Part shown: positions 53,084 through 64,000 of the stretch, in pieces
How the letters are laid out: the number at the start of each line of letters is the position of its first letter
How positions within the stretch are numbered: the first letter of the stretch is position 1
From: Octopus sinensis
Taxonomy: Eukaryota
Reading direction: 5' to 3'
DNA length: 64,000 nt
NCBI RefSeq assembly: GCF_006345805.1
Contig: NW_021833082.1
Coordinates: forward strand, 1 to 64,000
The notes under the pieces: generated by a model
What the model was told of the DNA's origin: nothing
What the model saw: the letters and a program-made list of their open reading frames with translations, nothing else
Database searches by the model: none
Made by a program: the position numbers and the translations under genes

Positions 53084-53991
53084 GTGGAGGCACATGGCCT
53101 AGTGGTTAGAGCGGCGGACTCGCGGTCGAGGGATCGCGGGTTCGAATCTCAGATCGGGCGATGTGTGTGTTTATGAGCGAAACACCAAAGTCCCACGCGG
53201 CTTCGGCAGAAGGTAATGGTGAACTTCTACAAGTCAGTGGAGGCACATGGCCGAGTGGTTAGAGCAGCGGACTCGTGGTCGAGGGATCGCGGGTTTGAAT
53301 CTCAGATCGGGCGATGTGTGTGTTTATGAGCGAAACACCAAAGTCCCATGCGGTTTCGGCAGAAGGTAATGGTGAACTTCTACAAGTCAGTGGAGGCACA
53401 TGGCCTAGTGGTTAGAGCAGCGGACTCGTGGTCGAGGGATCGCGGGTTCGAATCTCAGACCAGGCGATGTGTGTGTTTACGAGCGAAACACCTAAGCTCC
53501 ACGCGGCTCCGGCAGAAGGTAATGGCGAAACTTCTGCTGATTCTTTCGCCACAACTTTCTCTCGCTCTTTCCTCCTGCATCTTGCAGCTCACCTGCGACG
53601 GACCGGCGTCCCGTCCGGGTGGGGAACTTATACACCAAGGAAACCGGGAAACTGGCCTTTATGAGCCTGGCATGGCTCAAGCAGGAACATTGTGGAGGCA
53701 TATGGCCTATTGGTTAGAGCAGCGGATTCGCAGTTGAGGGATCGCGGGTTCGAATCTCAGACAGGGCAATGTGTGTGTTTATGAGCGAAAACACCTAAGC
53801 TCCACGCAGCTCCAGCAGAAGATAATGGCGAACTTCTGCTGACTCTTTCGCCACTACTTTCTCTCACTCTTTCCTCCTGCATCTTGCAGCTCACCTGCGA
53901 CAGACCAGTGTTCCATCCAGGTGGGGAACCTATATGCCAAGGAAACCGGGAAACCGGCCCTTATGAGCCAGGCGTGGCTCAAGAAGGAACA
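53084..53991 (+). mobile_element. SINE family B tetramer (head-head-full-full)
   Basis: GTGGAGGCA at 53084, 53237, 53390 and 53692; flanking direct repeat ACATACATG at 53074-53082 and 53992-54000. Confidence 0.9.
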
Positions 53992-54499
53992 ACATACATG
54001 CCATGGAAAGCAGGAAATTGACCCTTATGAGCCGACATGGCTTGAGAAGGTAACTTTATCTTTATCTTACTAGCATTGGCAGGGGTAGTTTGACAAAATC
54101 CAGTGGATCTGAGGAACGCATTGTGCTCCAGTGTCTTCTTTGTCAAAGTTTCTACAGCTGGATGTCCTTCTTAATACCAACCACTTTACAGAGAATAGTG
54201 GGTGCTCTTTTCTTTTTTTTTATGTGGAACTAGTACAAGCGAGGTTGTCATGGAGCTTGCAAAACTAAAATCCTCCTTCAAATTGCTAAGGCTACTATAA
54301 AGATTTGTGGTGGGGGGAGAATTTATGCTAAGAAATGAGAGGAGAAAGTAAAAAGCTTCATCTTTTTCCCTACAAGAGATATTTTTTCCCTTCAATACTT
54401 GCTCACTGTTATCAATAGTCTTATCTACTTCACATTCTACTGTTAAAACTAATATATTTTACATCTCCAAAAGTTTTTAAATTTCATGTAGTATAAGCA

Positions 54500-55082
54500 T
54501 GTAATATAAATCGAAATCGAAATTGAACCAATCCTATGACTGGCACCCGGCAGTTGCCAGGACCGCTGGACTGAATCCTGTGCAGGTGGCAAGTGAAGAA
54601 ACACCATTTTGACCCTGTGCTTGAGGAGATCTATTGAGTCAAGTACACCGACATCAAAATCAACGGAAACTGCAGTTGTGATCCCTGAGCTGGTGGCACG
54701 TAAACAGCACCATCTGAAGGTGGCCGATGCCAGCGCCGCCTAAACTGGCTTCCATGCCGGTGGTACGTAAAAAAGTGCTATCCGAATCGTGGCCGATGCC
54801 AGCGTTGCCTCGACTGACTTCTGTGCCGGTGGCACGTAAAATGCACCAATCCGATCGTGGCCATTTTCCAGCCTCCTCTGGCACCTGTGCCGGTGGCACG
54901 TAAAAAGCACCCACTACACTCACGGAGTGGTTGGCGTTAGGAAGGGCATCCAGCAGTAGAAACACTGTCAGATCAGACTGGAGCCTGGTGCAGCCTTCTG
55001 GCTTCCCAGACCCCCGTTGAACCGTCCAACCCATGCTAGCATGGAGAACGGACGTTAAACGATGATTATGATGATGATGATA
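54500..55082 (+). mobile_element. RTE 3' UTR/tail
   Basis: Homologous to 38028-38401 and 1-563; ends CATGCTAGCATGGAGAACGGACGTTAAAC(GAT)n. Confidence 0.8.
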
Positions 55083-55104
55083 ATAAGCAATATCTATATA
55101 GGCA

Positions 55105-55262
55105 CAGGCACAGCTGTGTGGTAAGAAGCTTACGTCACAACCATATGGTTCCAGGTTCAGTCCCACTGCATGGCATCTCGGGCAAGAGTCTTCTACTATA
55201 GCTTTGGGCCAACCAAAGCCTTGTGCATGGCTTTAGTAGACAGAAACTAAAAGAAGTCTATC
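55105..55262 (+). mobile_element. SINE family A, 5' half, degraded
   Basis: GCTGTGTGGTAAG...GGTTCAGTCCCACTGC...GGGCAAGAGTCTT. Confidence 0.75.
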
Positions 55263-55272
55263 ATATATAATA

Positions 55273-55307
<35 letters not shown>

Positions 55308-55314
<7 letters not shown>

Positions 55315-55615
55315 ATCATGTGACCGACCAGGCTATCAGATGTTGCTACACATCGCTGGTCACAATGCGCTTTGCATTGTTTTAGCCTTCAAATGACGCC
55401 ACCCCACTGGCTAAGCGAGCAGGCCAATAGAAGAAAGAGTGAAAGAAAGTTGCGGCGAAAGAGTACAGCAGGGATCACCACCACCCCCTGCTGAAGCCTC
55501 ATGGAGCTTTTAGGTGATTTCGCTCTCTAAACACTCACATCGCCCGGCCTGAGAAACGAAACCGCGATCCTACGACTGCGAGTCCGCTGCCCTAACCACT
55601 GGGCCATTGCACCTC

Positions 55616-55618
<3 letters not shown>
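55308..55618 (-). mobile_element. SINE with family B-like head and core but a different 3' tail
   Basis: Minus strand GTGGAGGTGCAATGGCCCAGTGGTTAGGGCAGCGGACTCGC...CTCTTTCGCCGCAACTTTCT, then an unrelated tail ending GGTCGGTCACATGATCACGTGA. Confidence 0.75.
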
Positions 55619-55658
<40 letters not shown>

Positions 55659-55679
55659 CAGGCTTCTTTCAGTTTCTTA

Positions 55680-56060
55680 TTTCTTTATTGCCCATAAAGG
55701 GCTAAACATAGAGGGGACAAACAAGGACAGACAAAGGGATTAAGCCAATAACATTGACCCCAGTGCATAACTTGTACTTAATTTATCGACCCCCGAAAGG
55801 ATAAAAGGCAAAGTCGACCTCAGCAGAACTTGAACTCAGAACGTAGTGGCAGACAAAATACTGCTAAGCATTTTGCCCGGCGTGCTAACGATTCAGCCAG
55901 CTCGCCAAAAGGCTTCTTTCAGTTTCTGTCCAACAAATTCACTCACAAAATTTTCGTTGACCCAAGGTTAAAGTAGGAGACACTTGCTCAAGGTGCCATG
56001 CAGTGGCACTGAACCTGGAACTATGTGGTTGGTAAGCAAGCTACTTACCACACAGCCACT
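55680..56060 (-). mobile_element. SINE family D (55680-55906) abutting SINE family A 5' half (55907-56060)
   Basis: Reverse-complement matches to the families defined above. Confidence 0.8.
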
Positions 56061-56709
56061 ATATATATATTTGGTCACATTTGGTGACATTTGTAGTTCT
56101 AACAACGTAGGTGTTTCCTAGTACCCTAGTCACATTTAGTGACATTTGTAATTCTCCTTTTAAGTAAAACAATGCAGTTATATTAATTTTACATATATAT
56201 ATATATATTATATATATATATATATTATATATAATATATATATTATATATATTATATATAATATATATATATATATATAATATATATATATATAATATAT
56301 ATAATATATATAATATATAATAATAATATTTATAATATATAATAATATATATAAAATTAATAAATAAATAAAATATATGCATATATACATACATATATGT
56401 ACGTACCTACCTCTACATGTATATATACATGCATATATGGGTACAGGACACCAAAAAAACGTTGAATACAATGAGAAACGAAAACATAGACACAAAACCA
56501 AAGAAATGGACATTTTTTTAAAACAACGAAAAAATAGAGTAGGGGACAAATAACACAAGGAAAAAAACCCTTCTTCAGTCGCCTTAATTTCAACTACTCC
56601 ACATTATATCTCGGTCACTTCAGAAGAGTAACCGCACGTGGACTGTTGGCAATTTTTCCTTGTTTTTCCTTCTTTCTCTTCGGACTTTCCTGTTTCCAAC
56701 GAAGAGCTA

Positions 56710-56840
56710 GGATCTTTTCGGTTTGACCGGCAGTTTTTTTCTAGCGGTGTCATATGAAATTGTCATCTATAATTATGACCCTAGTCATCGATCTATTGCA
56801 TTTCAATCTGTTTTAGGGTTAGGGTTAGAGTTAGGGTTAG
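56710..56840 (+). mobile_element. Left end of the TTAGGG-bearing TIR element
   Basis: GGATCTTTTCGGTTTGACCGGCAG...TTTTAGGGTTAGGGTTAGAGTTAGGGTTAGGG. Confidence 0.8.
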
Positions 56841-57042
56841 GGAATAGTTTTGTTATCCAGCTCTGTTTACGAGTGACCCCTCAGTTTATGGCCACACGGT
56901 ATCTTTTTTTCTCCCAGGTATTTGGGTCGATGGAGCAACGGATGGAAGGTGGTCTTGAGCTTGTCTAGAAAATGGAATTCAGGGGTTCTATACGATCTAC
57001 TGCCTGGGGCCAACTCCACAAAGAGGAGTTGACAATAGAGGT

Positions 57043-57425
57043 GCATCATCATCATTATCATCGACATCATTGTCATTAACATCATCATCACCGTCATCAT
57101 CATCATCATCATCATCGTCATCATTTCCATCATCATCATTGTCATAACCATTAACATCATCATCACCATTGTCATCGTCATCACCATCATCATCTTTATC
57201 ATCATCATCATCATCATCATCATCGTCATCGTCATCTCCATCATCATCATCATTGTCATAACCATTAACATCATCATCACCATTGTCATCGTCATCACCA
57301 TCATCATCTTCATCATCATCCTCATCATCATTATCATCGTCATCATCATCTCCATCATCATCATCATTGTTATAACCATCAGCATCATTATCCTCACTAT
57401 TGTCATCGTCATCACCATCATCATC
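57043..57425. repeat. Degenerate (CAT)n with ~114-bp internal periodicity
   Basis: GT(C/T)ATAACCAT marker at 57141, 57255 and 57369. Confidence 0.9.
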
Positions 57426-57689
57426 TAAACTTTCACATTGTCATCTTATAGTGGGACGGAATTTGTTGAGGCAGATTTTCAACAAATTGACGCCCTTCCT
57501 GTTGCCAACACTTGCCTGTTTCAAAGTAGGGTAATATTTCCCCCTTGGCCAGACACGTTTTCATGAATGATTAGAAACACTCATATATGATGCTTATTCA
57601 CACGATGTCAAGAGGTGCTGGAGATCATGGACCTCTGAAGAATCATAGTTTTTCTTGGGAAAGATAAGTCAGTGACAGTGGCTTCCAGT

Positions 57690-57916
57690 TTATCCCTCTA
57701 GTGTTTAAACTGGCCATATCTGGCCCAGATATTCTACATGTTTTATATTCAAACTGGCCAAATCCAGCCTCTTACACCTAACCTATATTGACATTCTAAA
57801 AATAGACAATCACATCATTGAAACCTCAAAGCTATAACAAAATGCATGATTAATTCAAAACAATTTGAGTGAAAAAGTATTACATTTAACAGAGTAATCT
57901 GAACACTAAAGGGTTA
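57690..57916 (-). mobile_element. piggyBac-like MITE family 2, intact monomeric copy
   Basis: Ends TTATCCCTCTAGTGTTT / AACACTAAAGGGTTA (decayed TTAA-CCCTTTAG TIRs); interior matches the 108-bp satellite unit; a left-end fragment also lies at 1142-1179. Confidence 0.8.
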
Positions 57917-58074
57917 TTTTCTGTTTGCTCAGCTAATCTCCTGATCCCTTGAGCTTACCCTTAAAGTACAGAGCCTATTTAACCTTTAGACAGGACTGAT
58001 TCATGTCACATCAGAGCATGTCCACATAATAGTGGGCCCATGTAATAGATGTCCTCACCTGCATCCTTTATACC

Positions 58075-58305
58075 TATTTCTTTACTACCCACACGGGGTT
58101 AAGCACAGAGAGGACAAACAAGGACAGACAAATGGATTAAGTTGATTGTATCGACCCCAGTGCGTAACTGGTACTTATTTAATCGACCCCGAAAGGATGA
58201 AAGGCAAAGTCAACCTCGGCGGAATTTGAACTCAGAACATAGCAGCAGACGAAATACTGCTAAGTATTTCGCCCGGCATGCTAACGGTTCTGCCAGCTCA
58301 CCGCC
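58075..58305 (-). mobile_element. SINE family D, near full length
   Basis: Reverse complement of the 35715-36130 type sequence. Confidence 0.85.
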
Positions 58306-58400
58306 TTTGCATCCTGTATACCTTAGCTCTTTGACCCTTAACTGCAGTCTTTGGGAAGTGCTACAGCCTTAGGCCAAAGCAGACCCAAGTGGAGTGAGGA

Positions 58401-61400
58401 TAAACCCTTTAGTGTTTAGGGTCAAATGTAACCCTTATTTATCCACATTGTTTTCAATTAATCATGCATTATCTCATAGCTTTGAGATTTCAATGATACA
58501 ATTGTTTATTTTTAGAATAACATTGTAGGGTAGGTGTGAGAGGCTGGATCTGGCCTGGTTTTCAATTAATCCTGCATTATCACATAGCTTTGAGATTTCA
58601 ATGATGTGATTGTTTATTTTTAGAATGACATTGTAGGGTTGGTGTGAGAGACTGGATCTAGCCCTGTTTTGAATTAATCATGCATTATCTCATAGCTTTG
58701 AGATTTCAATGATGCAATTGTTTATTTTTAGAATGACATTGTAGGGTAGGTGTGAGAGGCTGGATCTGGCCTTGTTTTGAATTAATTATGCATTATCTCA
58801 TAGCTTTGAGAGTTCAATGATGTGATTGTTTATTTTTAGAATGACATTGTAGGGCAGGTGTGAGAGGCTGGATCTGGCCTTGTTTTCAATTAATCATGCA
58901 TTATCTCATAGCTTTGAGAGTTCAATGATGTGATTGTTTATTTTTAGAATGACATTGTAGGGTAGGTGTGAGAGGCTGGATCTGGCCTTGCTTTGAATTA
59001 ATCATGCATTATCTCATAGCTTTAAGAGTTCAACAATGTGATTGTTTATTTTTAGAATGACATTGTAGGGTAGGTGTGAGAGGCTGGATCTGGCCTTGTT
59101 TTGAATTAATCATGCATTATCTCATAGCTTTGAGATTTCACTGATGCGATTGTTAATTTTTATAATGACATTGTAGGGTAGGTGTGAGAGGCAGGATCTG
59201 GCTTTGTTTTGAATTAATCATGTATTATCTCATAGCTTTGAGATTTCAATGATGTGATTGTTTATTTTTAGAATGACATTGTAGGGTAGGTGTGAGAGGC
59301 TGGATCTGGCCTTGTTTTGAATTAATCATGTATTATCTCATAGCTTTGAGATTTCAATGATGTGATTGTTTATTTTTAGAATGACATTGTAGGGTAGGTG
59401 TGAGAGGCTGGATCTGGCCCTTGTTTTGAATTAATCATGCATTATCTCATAGCTTTGAGATTTCAATGATGTGATTGTTTATTTTTAGAATGACATTGTA
59501 GGGTAGGTGTGAGAGGCTGGATCTGGCCTTGTTTTGAATTAATCATGTATTATCTCATAGCTTTGAGATTTCAATGATGTGATTGTTTATTTTTAGAATG
59601 ACATTGTAGGGTAGGTGTCAGAGGCTGGATCTGGCCCTTGTTTTGAATTAATCATGCATTATCTCATAGCTTTGAGATTTCAATGATGTGATTGTTTATT
59701 TTTAGAATGACATTGTAGGGTAGGTGTGAGAGGCTGGATCTGGCCTTGTTTTGAATTAATCATGTATTATCTCATAGCTTTGAGATTTCAATGATGTGAT
59801 TGTTTATTTTTAGAATGACATTGTAGGGTAGGTGTGAGAGGCTGGATCTGGCCTTGTTTTGAATTAATCATGCATTATCTCATAGCTTTGAGATTTCAAT
59901 GATGCGATTGTTTATTTTTAGAATGACATTGTAGAGTAGGTGTGAGAGGCTGGATCTGGCCTTGTTTTGAATTAATCATGTATTATCTCATAGCTTTGAG
60001 ATTTCAATGATGCAATTGTTTATTTTTAGAATGACATTGTAGGGTAGGTGTGAGAGGCAGGATCTGGCTTTGTTTTGAATTAATCATGTATTATCTCATA
60101 GCTTTGAGATTTCACTGATGCGATTGTTTATTTTTAGAATGACATTGTAGAGTAGGTGTGAGAGGCTGGATCTGGCCTTGTTTTGAATTAATCATGTATT
60201 ATCTCATAGCTTTGAGATTTCAATGATGCAATTGTTTATTTTTAGAATGACATTGTAGGGTAGGTGTGAGAGGCAGGATCTGGCTTTGTTTTGAATTAAT
60301 CATGTATTATCTCATAGCTTTGAGATTTCACTGATGCGATTGTTTATTTTTAGAATGACATTGTAGAGTAGGTGTGAGAGGCTGGATCTGGCCTTGTTTT
60401 GAATTAATCATGTATTATCTCATAGCTTTGAGATTTCAATGATGCAATTGTTTATTTTTAGAATGACATTGTAGGGTAGGTGTGAGAGGCAGGATCTGGC
60501 TTTGTTTTGAATTAATCATGTATTATCTCATAGCTTTGAGATTTCACTGATGTGATTGTTTATTTTTAGAATGACATTGTAGAGTAGGTGTGAGAGGCTG
60601 GATCTGGCCTTGTTTTGAATTAATCATGTATTATCTCATAGCTTTGAGATTTCAATGATGCAATTGTTTATTTTTAGAATGACATTGTAGGGTAGGTGTG
60701 AGAGGCAGGATCTGGCTTTGTTTTGAATTAATCATGTATATCATAGCTTTGAGATTTCACTGATGCGATTGTTTTTTTTAGAATGACATTGTAGAGTAGG
60801 TGTGAGAGGCTGGATCTGGCCTTGTTTTGAATTAATCATGTATTATCTCATAGCTTTGAGATTTCAATGATGCAATTGTTTATTTTTAGAATGACATTGT
60901 AGGGTAGTGTGAGAGGCAGGATCTGGCTTTGTTTTGAATTAATCATGTATTATCTCATAGCTTTGAGATTTCACTGATGTGATTGTTTATTTTTAGAATG
61001 ACATTGTAGAGTAGGTGTGAGAGGCTGGATCTGGCCTTGTCTTGAATTAATCATGTATTATCTCATAGCTTTGAGATTTCACTGATGCAATTGTTTATTT
61101 TTAGAATGACATTGTAGGGTAGGTGTGAGAGGCAGGATCTGGCTTTGTTTTGAATTAATCATGTATTATCTCATAGCTTTGAGATTTCACTGATGTGATT
61201 GTTTATTTTTAGAATGACATTGTAGAGTAGGTGTGAGAGGCTGGATCTGGCCTTGTTTTGAATTAATCATGTATTATCTCATAGCTTTGAGATTTCACTG
61301 ATGCAATTGTTTATTTTTAGAATGACATTGTAGGGTAGGTGTGAGAGGCTGGATCTGGCCTTGTTTTGAATTAATCATGTATTATCTCATAGCTTTGAGA

Positions 61401-64000
61401 TTTCACTGATGCGATTGTTTATTTTTAGAATGACATTGTAGGGTAGGTGTGAGAGGCTGGATCTGGCCTTGTTTTGAATTAATCATGTATTATCTCATAG
61501 CTTTGAGATTTCACTGATGCAATTGTTTATTTTTAGAATGACATTGTAGGGTAGGTGTGAGAGGCTGGATCTGGCCTTGTTTTGAATTAATCATGTATTA
61601 TCTCATAGCTTTGAGATTTCAATGATGCAATTGTTTATTTTTAGAATGACATTGTAGGGTAGGTGTGAGAGGCTGGATCTGGCCTTGTTTTGAATTAATC
61701 ATGTATTATCTCATAGCTTTGAGATTTCAATGATGCAATTGTTTATTTTTAGAATGACATTGTAGGGTAGGTGTGAGAGGCTGGATCTGGCCCTTGTTTT
61801 GAATTAATCATGCATTATCTCATAGCTTTGAGATTTCAATGATGTGATTGTTTATTTTTAGAATGACATTGTAGAGTAGGTGTGAGAGGCTGGATCTGGC
61901 CTTGTTTTGAATTAATCATGTATTATCTCATAGCTTTGAGATTTCAATGATGCAATTGTTTATTTTTAGAATGACATTGTAGAGTAGGTGTGAGAGGCTG
62001 GATCTGGCCTTGTTTTGAATTAATCATGTATTATCTCATAGCTTTGAAATTTCAATGATGCAATTGTTTATTTTTAGAATGACATTGTAGAGTAGGTGTG
62101 AGAGGCTGGATCTGGCCTTGTTTTGAATTAATCATGCATTATCTCATAGCTTTGAAATTTCAATGATGCAATTGTTTATTTTTAGAATGACATTGTAGAG
62201 TAGGTGTGAGAGGCTGGATCTGGCCTTGTTTCGAATTAATCATGTATTATCTCATAGCTTTGAGATTTCACTGATGCGATTGTTTATTTTTAGAATGACA
62301 TTGTAGGGAAGGTGTGAGAGGCTGGATCTGGCCCTTGTTTTGAATTAATCATGCATTATCTCATAGCTTTGAGATTTCAATGATGCAATTGTTTATTTTT
62401 AGAATGACATTGTAGAGTAGGTGTGAGAGGCTGGATCTGGCCTTGTTTTCAATTAATCATGCATTATCTCATAGCTTTGAGAGTTCAATGATGTGATTGT
62501 TTATTTTTAGAATGACATTGTAGGGTAGGTGTGAGAGGCTGGATCTGGCCCTTGTTTTGAATTAATCATGCATTATCTCATAGCTTTGAGATTTCAATGA
62601 TGCAATTGTTTATTTTTAGAATGACATTGTAGAGTAGGTGTGAGAGGCTGGATCTGGCCTTGTCTTCAATTAATCATGCATTATCTCATAGCTTTGAGAG
62701 TTCAATGATGTGATTGTTTATTTTTAGAATGACATTGTAGGGTAGGTGTGAGAGGCTGGATCTGGCCTTGTTTTGAATTCATCATGCATTATCTCATAGC
62801 TTTGAGATTTCAATGATACAATTGTTTATTTTTAGAATGACATTGTAGGGTAGGTGTGAGAGGCTGGATCTGGCCTTGTTTTGAATTATTCATGCATTAT
62901 CTCATAGCTTTGAGATTTCAATGATGTGATTGTTTATTTTCAGAATGACATTGTAGGGTAGGTGTGAGAGGCTGGATCTGGCCTTGTTTTGAATTAATCA
63001 TGCATTATCTCATAGCTTTGAGATTTCAATGATACAATTGTTTATTTTTAGAATGACATTGTAGGGTAGGTGTGAGAGGCTGGATCTGGCCTTGTTTTGA
63101 ATTATTCATGCATTATCTCATAGCTTTGAGATTTCAATGATGCAATTGTTTATTTTTAGAATGACATTGTAGGGTAGGTGTGAGAGGCTGGATCTGGCTT
63201 TGTTTTGAATTAATCATAAATTATCTCATAGCTTTGAGATTTCACTGATGCGATTGTTTATTTTTAGAATGACATTGTAGAGTAGGTGTGAGAGGCTGGA
63301 TCTGGCCTTGTTTTCAATTAATCATGCATTATCTCATAGCTTTGAGAGTTCAATGATGTGATTGTTTATTTTTAGAATGACAATGTAGGTAGGTGTGAGA
63401 GGCTGGATCTGGCCTTGTTTTCAATTAATCATGCATTATCTCATAGCTTTGAGAGTTCAATGATGTGATTGTTTATTTTTAGAATGACAATGTAGGGTAG
63501 GTGTGAGAGGCTGGATCTGGCCTTGTTTTGAATTCATCATGCATTATCTCATAGCTTTGAGATTTCAATGATGTGATTGTTTATTTTCAGAATGACATTG
63601 TAGGGTAGGTGTGAGAGGCTGGATCTGGCCTTGTTTTGAATTAATCATGCATTATCTCATAGCTTTGAGATTTCAATGATGGGATTGTTTATTTCTAGAA
63701 TGACATTGTAGGGTAGGTGTGAGAGGCTGGATCTGGCTTCGTTTTGAATTAATCATGCATTATCTCATAGCTTTGAGATTTCAATGATGGGATTGTTTAT
63801 TTTTAGAATGGCATTGTAGGGTAGGTGTGAGAGGCTGGATCTGGCCTTGTTTTCAATTAATCATGCATTATCTCATAGCTTTGAGATTTCAATGATGGGA
63901 TTGTTTATTCTAGAATGACATTGTAGGGTAGGTGTGAGAGGCTGGATCTGGCTTCGTTTTGAATTAATCATGCATTATCTCATAGCTTTGAGATTTCAAT
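58401..64000 (+). repeat. 108-bp satellite (~51 units, runs off the window) inside a family 2 MITE
   Basis: Unit TTTTGAATTAATCATGCATTATCTCATAGCTTTGAGATTTCAATGATGTGATTGTTTATTTTTAGAATGACATTGTAGGGTAGGTGTGAGAGGCTGGATCTGGCCTTG; preceded by the MITE left end TAAACCCTTTAGTGTTT at 58401. Confidence 0.97.

Noticed and set aside
53084-53991. Tandem tRNA gene cluster
   Set aside because: A and B boxes are present, but I cannot fold a full cloverleaf, there is no T-run terminator, and each head continues into SINE body
56565-56590. Minus-strand CTGAAGA as a third hammerhead core
   Set aside because: No stem II followed by GAAA downstream that I can identify
58451-64000. 108-bp repeat as CRISPR or coding repeat
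   Set aside because: No unique spacers; no ORF of 60 aa or more in the track; explained by MITE origin

Overview
Eukaryotic, essentially non-coding, repeat-saturated DNA. The SINE/LINE repertoire and TTAGGG motifs look like a cephalopod (Octopus-type) genome; this is recognition from memory, not a database result. No intact protein-coding gene, tRNA, rRNA or CRISPR array is supportable, and nearly all supplied ORFs are read-throughs of microsatellites or SINEs. Two satellites dominate: a ~25 kb (GACA)n/GATAAGAAA/GACAGTTA complex satellite (8.8-33.7 kb) with kb-scale higher-order duplications, and a 108-bp satellite (58.4 kb to window end) amplified from the interior of a TTAA-flanked piggyBac-like MITE whose intact monomer lies ~0.5 kb upstream. 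The rest is nested tRNA-derived SINEs (four families, labelled A-D here), decayed RTE and CR1 LINE 3' ends, a decayed Tc1/mariner transposase, several MITE families and microsatellites. The most notable candidates are (i) a tRNA-headed element whose tail carries a minimal type I hammerhead-ribozyme motif, present as an inverted pair (38460-38918), and (ii) a head-head-full multimeric SINE inserted independently twice.
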